From Dehalococcoidia bacterium (GTDB lineage: Bacteria; Chloroflexota; Dehalococcoidia; UBA2979), in assembly GCA_965262725.1 (NCBI GenBank), contig OZ253555.1, positions 3,200,001-3,264,000 on the forward strand: DNA of 64,000 nucleotides, in the 5' to 3' direction. A program made the position numbers and the translations under genes. The notes below the pieces were generated by a model, which saw nothing but the letters and a program-made list of their open reading frames with translations, was not told where the DNA came from and made no database searches. This document shows positions 39,302 to 48,944 of the stretch, piece after piece (position 1 is the stretch's first letter; every line of letters starts with the position of its first letter).

Positions 39302-40621
39302 CTACGTGCAGGCGCGGCGCACGATCCCGTACATCAGCCTGCAGCCCAGCGCGAGGTTTTCTACCGTGATGAACTCGTCGTGCGCGTGGAAACCGCGCCG
39401 CTCCTCCGCGGAGAGGAGGGCCGGTATCATCCCGTAGGCCGCGACGCCGCGCGGACGCAGGAAACGATTGTCGGTGCCGTAGGCCGAGGTGGTGAGGGCA
39501 ACCACGGCGCCCGGCATCTCCTCCGCAACCGTCTCGCGGATGGCATCCATGAGCGCCGTCTCCGACGGCGCGATCGCCATCGGGAGCCTCGGTCCTCGCC
39601 GCTTCATCTCCACGCGGACGCGGTCGTCGCCGATGCGATCCTCGACGGCGGCGATCCACTCCTCGGGCGTGGTCCCGGGGAGCAGGCGACAGTCGAGCGT
39701 CGCCTCGGCGGTGGCGGGAATCATGTTGCTCTTCACGCCCGCCGAGATCAGCGTGACGTTGAGGGTGGTCGTGAAGAGGGCGAGTCGCTCCGGGTCGGCC
39801 ACGACCGCGATGCGCAGCGCCTCTTCGCGCGCGAGAGGCGGCAGCAACCCGGCCTCGCTGAGGCGCTCCACGTAGGCGCGGGCCGGCGGCGTGAACGTGA
39901 GTCCGCGTTCCCAGTCGGCGAGCCGCCCGAGCGCCCGGATCAGGTGCAGCGCCGCGTTGTCCTCGTGCGGCTGGCTCGCGTGCCCGCCGCGGCCCCGCGC
40001 GACCAGGCGCAGCTCGCACATCTCCTTCTCCGCGATGGCCACCGAGAACAGCGCCGGCTCGCCGTCGGAACCTCCCGGCTGTCCGACGGCGCCCTCGTTC
40101 AGCTCGAACTCGACGTCGACGAGCGCCGGGTGATGCTCGCAGAGCCACGCCATCCCGACATCCGAGCCCACCTCCTCGTCGGGCAGCGCGCAGAAGACGA
40201 TGTCGCGGCGCAGCGCGGTCCCCTGCCGGTGGGCCAGCAGCACCGCCAGGAGCTGCATGACGCCGCAGCCCTTCATGTCGACGGCACCGCGACCGTAGAT
40301 GCGGCCGTTCACGAGCTCCGCGGCGAAGGGCGGGTGGGTCCAGTGCTCGTCCTCGACCGGGACGACGTCGGTGTGGTTGGCGAGCATCAGCGGGCGTTCG
40401 CTGCCATCGCCGGCGAGCCGGGCGATCAGGATCTCGCGGCCCGGGGACGGCTCCAGGTACTCGCAGGGAATGCCCTCCGCCTCGAGGATGCCGCCCAGGA
40501 ATCGCGCCGCCTCCCCCTCGTTCCCCGGTGGATTGCGCGTGTCGATGCGCAGGTAGCGCCGCAGGATCTCCACGGCCTCGTTCTCGACGACCCGCCAGTC
40601 GATCGCAGCGGCCGCAGCCAT
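39302..40621 (-). CDS. M20/M25/M40 family metallohydrolase
   Basis: NPPGNE, HTDVVP, YGRGAVDMKG, DEEVG, GHAS, NMIP, HAHDE. Confidence 0.92.
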   Translation of the reverse strand: MAAAAAIDWRVVENEAVEILRRYLRIDTRNPPGNEGEAARFLGGILEAEGIPCEYLEPSPGREILIARLAGDGSERPLMLANHTDVVPVEDEHWTHPPFAAELVNGRIYGRGAVDMKGCGVMQLLAVLLAHRQGTALRRDIVFCALPDEEVGSDVGMAWLCEHHPALVDVEFELNEGAVGQPGGSDGEPALFSVAIAEKEMCELRLVARGRGGHASQPHEDNAALHLIRALGRLADWERGLTFTPPARAYVERLSEAGLLPPLAREEALRIAVVADPERLALFTTTLNVTLISAGVKSNMIPATAEATLDCRLLPGTTPEEWIAAVEDRIGDDRVRVEMKRRGPRLPMAIAPSETALMDAIRETVAEEMPGAVVALTTSAYGTDNRFLRPRGVAAYGMIPALLSAEERRGFHAHDEFITVENLALGCRLMYGIVRRACT

Positions 40622-40822
40622 CCTGCCCCCGTCCCCGCACGCCCTCGGCGATGATGCCACGGGGCGATGCTACCCGCGCCGCGCCGGCGAGACCGCGGAT
40701 GGCCGAGGCCGACATCGACCGCCGAAGCGCGCGCCCGGCCGGTCCGCTCCGCCGATCCCCGGTCGCTGGGGATATGCTCGCCCCGACCGAAGGGTCCGGA
40801 CGGAGGGCGCGGGGAGGGCGAC

Positions 40823-41776
40823 ATGGAGCAGCGGGACTTCGGGCGGCTCGGAGCGGTCTCCGTGCTCTCCCTGGGGGGCGGCGGAATCGGGCAGGTGTGG
40901 GGAGCGACGAGCCGCGCCGAGGCGGTCGCGACCACCCGCGAGGCGGTCGACTCCGGCATCACGCTCCTCGACGTCGCGCCCGGGTACGGCCGCGGCGAGG
41001 CGGAGCGGGTCGTCGGCGAGGCGTTCTCGGGACGTCTCCCAGGTACGGTCCGCGTCGTGACCAAGTTCCGGCTCGGCGCCCCGCCCGAGACGGAGGTCGA
41101 AGACCGGATCACGAAGAGCCTCGACGAGAGCCTCGAACGGATGCGTCTTCGGCGCGCCGACTTGCTTCTGCTCCACAACCCCATCGTCTGGGACGACGAC
41201 CAGGAGACCCCCGGCACCCCGAGCCGTCTCTTCGCGGACTCGGTTCGCCCCGCGCTCGAGCGGCTCGTGCGGTCGGGGCGCATCGGCGCCTGGGGGATTA
41301 CCGGGATCGGCGTCCCGGATCCCGTGATCGCCGCGCTCGGCGACGATCCGCGTCCGGCCGCCGTGCAGTGCATCGCCAACCTGCTCGACTCGGCCGGCGC
41401 GCTGCGGCGCTTCCCCGGGCCGGCGCGGCCGCGTGAGATCATCGCGGCGGCCGCCGCCCACGGCGTCCCGGTCATGGGCATCCGCGCGGTCCAGGCCGGC
41501 GCGCTCACCGACGACTTCGACCGCGAGCTCCCGGCGGATCACCCCGATCGCGCCGACTACGACCGCGGCGCCCCCTTCCGCGCCCTCGCGCTCGAAGTCG
41601 GGGAGAGCCCGGCCTCGCTCGCCCACCGCTACGCGCTCTCCATGCCGCGAGTGGCGACCGTCGTCCTCGGCGTGAAGAACCGTGCCGAGCTCCGCGAGTG
41701 CCTGGAGGCCGAGCGCCGGGGAACGCTCGACGGCGAGCTGCTCGCGCGGATCGACGACTCGGTGCGCGAGCGCTGA
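40823..41776 (+). CDS. Aldo/keto reductase
   Basis: LSLGGG, DVAPGYG..EAE, VVTK, DLLLLHN. Confidence 0.9.
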   Translation: MEQRDFGRLGAVSVLSLGGGGIGQVWGATSRAEAVATTREAVDSGITLLDVAPGYGRGEAERVVGEAFSGRLPGTVRVVTKFRLGAPPETEVEDRITKSLDESLERMRLRRADLLLLHNPIVWDDDQETPGTPSRLFADSVRPALERLVRSGRIGAWGITGIGVPDPVIAALGDDPRPAAVQCIANLLDSAGALRRFPGPARPREIIAAAAAHGVPVMGIRAVQAGALTDDFDRELPADHPDRADYDRGAPFRALALEVGESPASLAHRYALSMPRVATVVLGVKNRAELRECLEAERRGTLDGELLARIDDSVRER

Positions 41777-41789
41777 GCGGACGCCCGGG

Positions 41790-42800
41790 CTACGGACCGC
41801 GGCGGAACGCGTCGATTGCCAGCTCGAGGTTCTCGTGGGTTCGCTCGTACGTCATCGAGGCGTTCGCCGAATAGAGGCAGAGCGTGTCGATCACGCCCTC
41901 GTAGCGTTGCGCCTGCTCCACGACCTCCTCCGGTGTGCCGTAGATGCCGTGCTCGCCCGCGACGTCGTCCGGGATCGAGGCGGCCAGCGCGTCGGCGTCG
42001 CCGGGGCGGTTGAAGAAGGCGTCCTGGATGCGCTCCCGGACCTCCCGGTGGCCCTGCGAGTCGAGCACGCTCGCGTAGCTACGGGTCGCGAGGAAGGGAC
42101 CGATCGAGAGCTTCAATTCACGCAGCGCCTGCCGTCGGTCGAGCGAAATCGCGAAGGTGATCCAGCCCTGGTGGTCGAAGTCGGCGCGCGTCCGGCCCGA
42201 GCGCTCGAGCCCCGCGTCCACGTGCGGCCAGACGACGTCGCGGATGAAGCCGACGGAGGCTATGGGGTGGCCGCAGAGTCCGGCGCAGAGATCGCCCGCG
42301 AGCCGCAGCATGCCCGGGTTGACCGCCGCGAGGTAGACGGGGGCAGCGGAACTCGCCCGATCGTCGTTCCGGTCGAGCGCCGAGCCCTCGAAAGAGTAGA
42401 ACTCGCCCCGGAAAGTGAGCCGCTCACTCGAGGGCGTCTCCCAGGCGTGGCGAATGGCGCGGATCATCTCCCTCACGCGGCTCGCCGGACGGGGAAAGTC
42501 GCGCCCCAGCGTGCTGATGTTCCAGTTCTTGGTCCCGCCTCCGAGGCCGAGCACGAAGCGGCCGCCGTAGAGGCGCTGGAGGTCCGCCGCGTGCTGGGCG
42601 AGGTTTCTCGGCCCGAACTGGAAGGCGCGAAAGACGCCGCTCCCGATCCGCGCGCGGTCAGTGTGCTCCAGCATCGACGCGAAGACGGGGATGCTCTCGC
42701 CGGAGTTCCATACGGTCCCGAAGCCGGCCTCCTCGGCGAGCCGTGCGAGCTCGGTCTTCCGGGTGAGGTGGCTGCCGGCGATCGAGATCGCGAGATCCAT
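41790..42800 (-). CDS. LLM-class flavin-dependent oxidoreductase
   Basis: ARLAEEAGF, GRFVLGLG, FRGEFY, VYLAAVNPGMLRLAG; SD AGGAGGAG. Confidence 0.88.
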   Translation of the reverse strand: MDLAISIAGSHLTRKTELARLAEEAGFGTVWNSGESIPVFASMLEHTDRARIGSGVFRAFQFGPRNLAQHAADLQRLYGGRFVLGLGGGTKNWNISTLGRDFPRPASRVREMIRAIRHAWETPSSERLTFRGEFYSFEGSALDRNDDRASSAAPVYLAAVNPGMLRLAGDLCAGLCGHPIASVGFIRDVVWPHVDAGLERSGRTRADFDHQGWITFAISLDRRQALRELKLSIGPFLATRSYASVLDSQGHREVRERIQDAFFNRPGDADALAASIPDDVAGEHGIYGTPEEVVEQAQRYEGVIDTLCLYSANASMTYERTHENLELAIDAFRRGP

Positions 42801-43081
42801 CGTCTCCTCCTGTATCCGCGGCAAGGACGATAGCACGGGGCTGGCCGCCGCCCGCCCCGGAGGCGCCCGGCGACGCGCACGACCGGGCCTCGCGACTGCG
42901 ATCCCGCCGGCGCCCCGGCACCTGTGCAAAGATCGAGGGAGGGATGCCTCCGAGGCGTCATCTTCGCCGGCGCCCGCGCCGCGCTGCTCCGCCGAGGCCG
43001 CGGCGGCGGTGCGCGCGCCACCCACGAGACGCCTGAGTTCCCCGCGCGAGCGGCTCGGACCCGCGCGCCGGCACCACCGCG

Positions 43082-43270
43082 AGCAGGTGGGAGCCCGGCG
43101 ACTGCATCACCAGCCGCAACATCTGGCACGAGCGGGTCTTCACCGCCTGGCCATTCGTCGTCGAGGACCGCGGTGACGTGCTGGTGGCCAGCATACCCGC
43201 AGGCACCACCTACGTGGACCGGACAACTCTCCCGATGGCACGTGAGACACCGGGCGCGCATCTGGCGGGC
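43082..43270 (+). pseudogene. N-terminal fragment of a DUF402-like gene
   Basis: Reads SRWEPGDCITSRNIWHERVFTAWPFVVEDRGDVLVASIPAGTT; no start codon after the in-frame TGA at 43034; runs into the tRNA-derived repeat. Confidence 0.45.
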
Positions 43271-43312
43271 TGGCACCCTCGGGATTCGAACCTGCGACCC
43301 GCGGAGCGGAAG
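43257..43312 (-). repeat. Degenerate duplicate of the tRNA-Arg 3' half (att-like direct repeat of 45846-45904)
   Basis: CGCATCTGG..TGGCACCCTCGG-GATTCGAACCTGCGACCCGCGGA..GAAG versus CGCATCTGG..TGGTACCCTCGGCAGGATTCGAACCTGCGACCCGCGGA..GAAG; 23-nt perfect core. Confidence 0.85.
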
Positions 43313-43600
43313 CGTCTCGTCGCGACCGCGCCTACGGTATTGCTGCTGGTCGTCGCGAGCCTTCGCTCGTAACGCCTACCAGGTACGGTGGGCCCCATCC
43401 CGAACGTCGGTGCACTGGCTATCCGAGCGGTGGGGATGTGGTCCGTAGTGAAACGCCCGACCGCCAGGCTGCCGGCTCCCGATACCGGGCCGGGCTCAAG
43501 CGCCTCCGGGTGAAGTCGTTCGCCCGGCGCACAGCATCCGCAGCCGCGGGATACGCCGGGGCCCGACCTGGCGGCCGGCCCCCGGCACCCCGCCGGGCTG

Positions 43601-45310
43601 CTATACCGGCACGATCTGGTCGTAGAAGACGCCCGGCTGCCCGGCCGGGTGCAGCTCGGCGAACTTGTCCTCGCGCCAGGCGTGGAACGCCTGCGGGTGG
43701 ACCGTCCACAGCGCCGGCGGGTCGAGCGAGAGCTCCAGAGTGGCCTCCTGGTAAAGCTTGCGCCGCGCCTCCGTGTCGATGGTCTTGAGACCCTCGACGA
43801 ACTTGTCCTCGAACTTCGGGTTGTCGTAGTACTTCGACAGACTGTCCTTCTGCAGCCACGAGTAGGCGAACGACGCGTCCGCGAGCACGAACGCCGAGAA
43901 CGGCATGTGGTAGATGTGCGGTGTGCGCTTGGCCCGCCCGTAGATACCGTCCCGCCAGACGCCCGTTTCGACGAGCTGGATACCGATGTCGATGCCGATC
44001 TCGCTGATGTTGTCCGCCGCGATGAGAGTGTGCGCCTCGAAGACCGGGTTGCCCTCAACGCGTGAGGTGATCGTCGTCTTAAAGCCGTTGGGGAGTCCCG
44101 CGTCCGCCAGCAGCTGCCGCGACTTGTCCGGATCGTAGCCGTACGGCTGAAGGTCCGGGTTGAACCCGAAGGCGTTCTCCGTGAGCGCTTGCGAACGCTG
44201 CTGAACGGCCCGGCCGAAGTAGACCTCCTCAATCACGGTCGGCGTGTCGAGCGCGTGCTCGAGCGCCAGGCGCACGCGCACATCGCTGGTCGGCGGGTCG
44301 AAGTACTCCATCGACCAGCCGATCCACTGCGTGCTCGGGTTGGCGCCCAGCACGATGTTATCGAAGGCCTCGATGCGCTCAAGCTCCGGGATCGGCAGCC
44401 CGGTGCAGAAGTCGACCGCGCCGGTCTCGAGCGCCGATATGCGGGTGGTCGACTCCTTGATCACCTGCACGTCGGCCTCGCCGATGCCCTTCGTTCCGCG
44501 CCACGACGTGGCGCTCGCCTGCAGCAGAATGCGGGCTCCCTGCGTGTACGCGGCCGGGACGTAGGCACCGCTGCCCACGGCCTGGGTGGCCTGGTGCTCC
44601 TTGCCCTTGCTCGGATCCTCGAAGATGTGCTTCGGCAGAATGAAGACCAGATGCTGCCGGCGCGGGATGATCGGGTCAGCGTCGATGGTGACGAGCACGG
44701 CGGTGCGTTCGTCCATCACCTCGACGTGGTCGATGGTGCTGACGCGTGAGCGCAGGCTCGACTTGTTGTCCGCGTCCTTGTAGTACTCGATCGCGAACTT
44801 GACGTCCTCGGCGGTGAGCTTCACGCCATCGGAGAACTCGGCCTCATTGAGATTGAAGATCCAGCGCTTCGGGTCTGATGGGTCCACATCGTAGGACGCG
44901 CCGAGCGCCGGAATGATGCTCTTCGACACCGGGTCGAGACGAGCAAGCGTGTCGTAGATGCCGTGGAACTCGTTGGTGCTGCCTGCCGTCGTGTTCGGGT
45001 CGAGCGTATTGCCGGGGGCGACGACGGCCGGTGTGATCGTGGCCGACTTGCGCACCTCCGGCGCTGCTGTCGGCGCTGCCGTCGGCGCCGCCGTTGCCGC
45101 CGGCGCCGCCGTTGCCGCAGCCGTTGCCGCCGGCGCCGCCGTTGCGGCCGCTGCTGTCGTGGCTGCCGGAGCGGGCGCGGTCACACCATCGTCATCATCG
45201 TCGTCACCGCAGCCGATGACCGCCGCGGTGGCGAGACCCACGCCGCCCAGCGCGCTTCCCCGGATCAGAGCGCGCCTTGAGATGCGGTTACCAAGAAATG
45301 CTCGTGCCAT
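43601..45310 (-). CDS. ABC transporter substrate-binding lipoprotein, family 5 (peptide/nickel type), Tat signal
   Basis: SRRALIRG...AVIGC-GDDDD, Ala/Thr/Pro linker, IYDTL, FSDG..LTAEDVKF, GSGAY, DVRVRLAL, YDPDKSRQLLADAG. Confidence 0.92.
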   Translation of the reverse strand: MARAFLGNRISRRALIRGSALGGVGLATAAVIGCGDDDDDDGVTAPAPAATTAAAATAAPAATAAATAAPAATAAPTAAPTAAPEVRKSATITPAVVAPGNTLDPNTTAGSTNEFHGIYDTLARLDPVSKSIIPALGASYDVDPSDPKRWIFNLNEAEFSDGVKLTAEDVKFAIEYYKDADNKSSLRSRVSTIDHVEVMDERTAVLVTIDADPIIPRRQHLVFILPKHIFEDPSKGKEHQATQAVGSGAYVPAAYTQGARILLQASATSWRGTKGIGEADVQVIKESTTRISALETGAVDFCTGLPIPELERIEAFDNIVLGANPSTQWIGWSMEYFDPPTSDVRVRLALEHALDTPTVIEEVYFGRAVQQRSQALTENAFGFNPDLQPYGYDPDKSRQLLADAGLPNGFKTTITSRVEGNPVFEAHTLIAADNISEIGIDIGIQLVETGVWRDGIYGRAKRTPHIYHMPFSAFVLADASFAYSWLQKDSLSKYYDNPKFEDKFVEGLKTIDTEARRKLYQEATLELSLDPPALWTVHPQAFHAWREDKFAELHPAGQPGVFYDQIVPV

Positions 45311-45859
45311 GAGCACCATCCCCTCTCATGCTCACCGCCACCGTTGTCAGCAGGGCTGCACTGTACTTCGTACGTAATGCGATGACCAGTCGTGGCCCGG
45401 TGTACCACACCGCAACGAGCCCAACGTCCTCAGTCCAATCGGTGCGGCCGTCCTCTACAACCAACCGTGAATCGACGCATCGGACGACGACCCCATGCTC
45501 CCCATGCCAGACGCTGAGCTCGAGGACGAGGTAGTCCGCCTCGTGCGCCACGAGGACCACGGGCTCGCGCTGGGGACGGCCGAGGCTGAGCCCAGCGACT
45601 GACGGCCGGTCGGCTCGCGTGCGCGGAGGCCGGGACTACTACCCAGTGCCCCGGCCGCTTGGAACAGGCACGCCACGACTCTCATGCGTATGCCAGTCTG
45701 CAGCAGCTGGCGGTCCCACGAGTGCGCCTTGCGCAAGTGCGGATTCCTGGACCAGTGCGTCCCCGACTGCTTCTACAGGTCTGTGCCGCTCTCGAACATG
45801 CCGCAAAGGAAGAGACTTCTCTCGGCCCACTGGATACCTCGAATCCGCATCTGGAGGAA

Positions 45860-45935
45860 TGGTACCCTCGGCAGGATTCGAACCTGCGACCCGCGGATTA
45901 GAAGTCCGCTGCTCTGTCCACTGAGCTACGAGGGC
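45860..45935 (-). tRNA. tRNA-Arg (anticodon TCT)
   Basis: GCCCTCG TA GCTC..GAGC A GCGGA CT TCT AA TCCGC GGGTC GCAGG TTCGAAT CCTGC CGAGGGT A CCA. Confidence 0.97.
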
Positions 45936-46237
45936 GCGAGGCCAGCGAGGTCATTCTAGACCGAGGCACCCGCCTGAACCCAGACATTTCACCGGCATCA
46001 TGGGACGCCGACACCTCCCCTCACACCGCGCGTCATCTCGCCCGGAGCGAATCGCCCGGAGCGAACGGTTGCCGACAGCACCGGCCGGGACGCCCGCGCC
46101 GAGCGCGCAGTGGCCCCCGGAGGGGTCGATCCCCGCTGCTCGCGCCGCCTCGCAGCCGCCGGACCCCACACCGCCACCCGCCGTCGCCACGTCCGCCGCG
46201 GTTGACGACCCGCCACTCGATGTCGGTAGGCTGGCAT

Positions 46238-46312
46238 GGGCCCGTAGCTCAGCGGCAGAGCAGTGGACTTTTAATCCATCGGCCGGAGGTTCGAATCCTC
46301 CCGGGCCTACCA
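46238..46312 (+). tRNA. tRNA-Lys (anticodon TTT)
   Basis: GGGCCCG TA GCTC..GAGC A GTGGA CT TTT AA TCCAT CGGCC GGAGG TTCGAAT CCTCC CGGGCCT A CCA. Confidence 0.97.
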
Positions 46313-46369
46313 ACGTGTACCGCACTCACAGCTTCCCCACTCAGGGCGACCTCGGCAGCGTCCGCGCCC

Positions 46370-46585
46370 TGGATCGGGCTGTCTTCCGGCATCGATGTGG
46401 CGCTCGCGGCGGCGAGCCTCGCGGTCGTCGAGGTCGGCGCCGAGCAGCTCGGCCAGGTAGGCACGGTGGGTGAGCAGGTCGCGCAGCGCCACCTCAGCGA
46501 GCGGAGCGGCCCGCTCGCCCACGATCGGGAGGCGCAGCGCGCGGCAGGTCGCCTCGATCGCGAGCGCAGCGCCCTGATGCGCACG
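46370..46585 (-). pseudogene. istB: IS21-family IstB helper ATPase N-terminal remnant
   Basis: AIEATCRALRLP...LAEVALRDLLTHRAYLAELLGADLDDREARRRERHIDAG resembles the IstB N-terminal domain; no Walker A domain follows. Confidence 0.65.
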
Positions 46586-46694
46586 GCCTCGGCACCGCAT
46601 CGCGGCCGGCCTCGTAAGGCCGACCCCCGTCGCGTACTCGCCCTTATGTCCTGTGGCGCCGTTCGGCCCGCGGACGGGCTGCCGCGGTCGCCGG

Positions 46695-47963
46695 CTACGG
46701 CTCGCGGGCCGCGACGACCTGCGGAGGGTAGGCGGGCTCGATGTCGTCGGGAATGCCCTCGCGGATCGCTCGCTCGACCGACATCGCCGCGCGGTCGATG
46801 TCCGCGTGGGTGTTGAAGGCGTGGAGTGAGAGCCGCACGGTGTTGAACTGGGCCACCGAGCGGCAGACGACCCTTGCCTCGTGCTGCAGCCAGGCGTTCA
46901 CCAGCGCCGCGTCGAGGCCGTCTACCGCGAAGCAGAAGAGCCCCGTCCGCGTCGCGTCTTCGCGCGGACTGAGGACGCGGACGCCGTCGATCTGCTCGAA
47001 GCGCCGCTGCGCGTAGCGGTTGAGCGCGCGTGCGCGCTCAAAGACCGCGTCCGGGTCGGCGTCGAGGAACCACTCCGCCGCTTCGATGGTCCCCGCGATG
47101 AGCGCCGTGGACGTCGTTGTCAGCTCGTACTTCGTGATGCTCTCGAGCTCAGCCTCGAAGGCGCCCTCGAAGTCGTACGATGCGGCGGCGCGGCCAGCGA
47201 CCTTCATCGGCGCGACCCGCGCGATGAGGTCCTCGCGAACGTAGAGCGCTCCCAGCCCCTCCGGTCCGCAGAGCCACTTGTGGGAGGGGATCGCGTAGAA
47301 GTCGACGCCACTTGCGCGCACCTCGATGGGAATGTGCCCCGCGGTCTGCGCACCATCGACGAGGACCAGCCCGCCGCGCCGGTGCGCCTCGTGGACGATC
47401 GCGCCGAGCGGAAGCAGCTGGCCGGTCGAGTACGCGATCTCGGACAGGATGACGAGCGCGAGCCTGCCGCGAGCGCGCTCGATCGCGGCGACGAATGCCT
47501 CCGTCACCCGATCGGGGGAGTCCTGGACGTCGAGGGGCACGATCACGAGCTCGCAGCCGTGGCGTTCGCGCTGGAAATAGGCGGGAACGATGCCGGAGCC
47601 GTGCTCCACGCTGGTCGTGACGACGCAGTCGCCCGGCCCCAGTCCGAGCCCGTTGACGACGATGTTGATGCCCTCGGTGGTGTTGCCCGTGACGGCGACC
47701 TCGTTGGGCGAGGCGCCCCCGAGCACGCGCCCCATCGTTTCGCGGTAGCGCTGCACGAGATCGTGGCGGTCGTCGAGCACCCGGCGCGTCGTCGAGCCGT
47801 GGGCCAGCTCGAGGTCCAGGCGCCGCCTCACCGCCTCGTGCACGGCGCGGCGGGACGGCCCGGAGAACCCGGAGTTCATGTACGCGTACTCGCGCAGCGC
47901 GGGCGTCTGCTCGCGCCAGGCGCTCCACGTCGCACGCCTCTCCTCGGCTCCGCCGCTCGTCAT
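46695..47963 (-). CDS. Class V PLP-dependent aminotransferase/lyase
   Basis: YMNSG, NTTEGIN, EH, VDGAQTAG, SHKWLCGPEGLG, VRLSLHAFNT. Confidence 0.9.
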   Translation of the reverse strand: MTSGGAEERRATWSAWREQTPALREYAYMNSGFSGPSRRAVHEAVRRRLDLELAHGSTTRRVLDDRHDLVQRYRETMGRVLGGASPNEVAVTGNTTEGINIVVNGLGLGPGDCVVTTSVEHGSGIVPAYFQRERHGCELVIVPLDVQDSPDRVTEAFVAAIERARGRLALVILSEIAYSTGQLLPLGAIVHEAHRRGGLVLVDGAQTAGHIPIEVRASGVDFYAIPSHKWLCGPEGLGALYVREDLIARVAPMKVAGRAAASYDFEGAFEAELESITKYELTTTSTALIAGTIEAAEWFLDADPDAVFERARALNRYAQRRFEQIDGVRVLSPREDATRTGLFCFAVDGLDAALVNAWLQHEARVVCRSVAQFNTVRLSLHAFNTHADIDRAAMSVERAIREGIPDDIEPAYPPQVVAAREP

Positions 47964-48028
47964 CCTTGCTCCTCCGAACACCGCGCCCGCCTCCACACGC
48001 TACCGGCGGCGGTGGACATCTGACACCC

Positions 48029-48850
48029 CTAGTCGCCGGGCAGCGCCTGCAGGAAGCGCTCGATCTCGCCGGCCAGCACCTCCGGACCACGATCGAAGAT
48101 CGCGTTCGTGAGCCCCGGCAGCTCCACGACCCGGGCCTGCGGCAGGATCCGTGAGGCGTCCCGCGAGGGCCGCGCGAGCGCATTGTCGGGGTTGAGCACG
48201 AGCACCGGGCAGCCGACGCGGGCGAGCCGCTCCTGCGGCTCGTAGTCGAAGAGCGCCTCGTGCGCCCACCAGTGTCGCGGGTACGCGCGCAGCTCGTCCA
48301 CGAAGCACAGGTAGGCTCGCTCCAGCGAGAGCCCGGGCGTGCGGTCGGTGATGAAGTAGTGCCAGCGCTCGCGGAACTGCTCGAAGTCCTCCGTCAGGTC
48401 GGCGCGCGCCGCGAGCACGGCGCGCCGCTCCGCCCGCTCCTCGCCCACGTAGTAGGGGATACCGACGAGGACGAGCGAGCGGATCAGATCGGGTCGGCGC
48501 GCGGCCGCCTCCGTCGCGATCAGCACGCCCGTGTGGTAGCCGAAGACGTCGACCGGCGTCCGCCCGGACCCGGCGGTGCGCTCGACGAGATCGATGAAGG
48601 CGTCGGCGTAGCGCTCGAACGGGGGCATCTCCGGCGGTGCGTCGGAGCCGCCGTAGCCCGGGGTGTCGGGGGCGATCACGCGGCGCGTCCGCGCGAGGCG
48701 CTCCATCAGGGGGATGAAGGGTTGCGACGAGTACGCCGTCGCGTGCAGGAGGTAGAGCGGCGGCGGGTCACCTTCCTCCGGCCCCCCGGCGAGCAGGTGG
48801 ACCTGCCCGTAGGGGCCGTCGACGTAGGACCGCCTCAGCGTCCCGCTCAT
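48029..48850 (-). CDS. Alpha/beta hydrolase fold protein with atypical nucleophile elbow
   Basis: YGQVH, LLH, APDTPGYGGSD, GYHTG. Confidence 0.85.
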   Translation of the reverse strand: MSGTLRRSYVDGPYGQVHLLAGGPEEGDPPPLYLLHATAYSSQPFIPLMERLARTRRVIAPDTPGYGGSDAPPEMPPFERYADAFIDLVERTAGSGRTPVDVFGYHTGVLIATEAAARRPDLIRSLVLVGIPYYVGEERAERRAVLAARADLTEDFEQFRERWHYFITDRTPGLSLERAYLCFVDELRAYPRHWWAHEALFDYEPQERLARVGCPVLVLNPDNALARPSRDASRILPQARVVELPGLTNAIFDRGPEVLAGEIERFLQALPGD

Positions 48851-48944
48851 CGGCGTCCATCCGTTTCGCCCCGCCCCGGCGCCTCGGGGCGCCGACCGGC
48901 GGGGTGTGCTCCGCCCTCGCGCGCGGCTCCGGCGCCGCCTCGCG

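Larger units (their letters stand above)
43257..45904. mobile_element. Integrase-less genomic islet at the tRNA-Arg 3' end
   Basis: Bounded by the intact tRNA and its 3' duplicate in the same orientation; contains only an orphan SBP gene and unassigned DNA. Confidence 0.6.

Noticed and set aside
43271-43312. Possible third tRNA gene
   Set aside because: Only the 3' half is present and the T-stem has a 3-nt deletion; treated as an att-like repeat
45060-45170. Tandem GCCGTTGCCGCCGGCGCC-like repeats
   Set aside because: Encode the Ala/Thr/Pro linker of the SBP lipoprotein; no unique spacers, so not CRISPR
45320-45850. Short ORFs between the SBP gene and tRNA-Arg
   Set aside because: No recognisable motifs, SD or typical codon bias; no integrase signature visible
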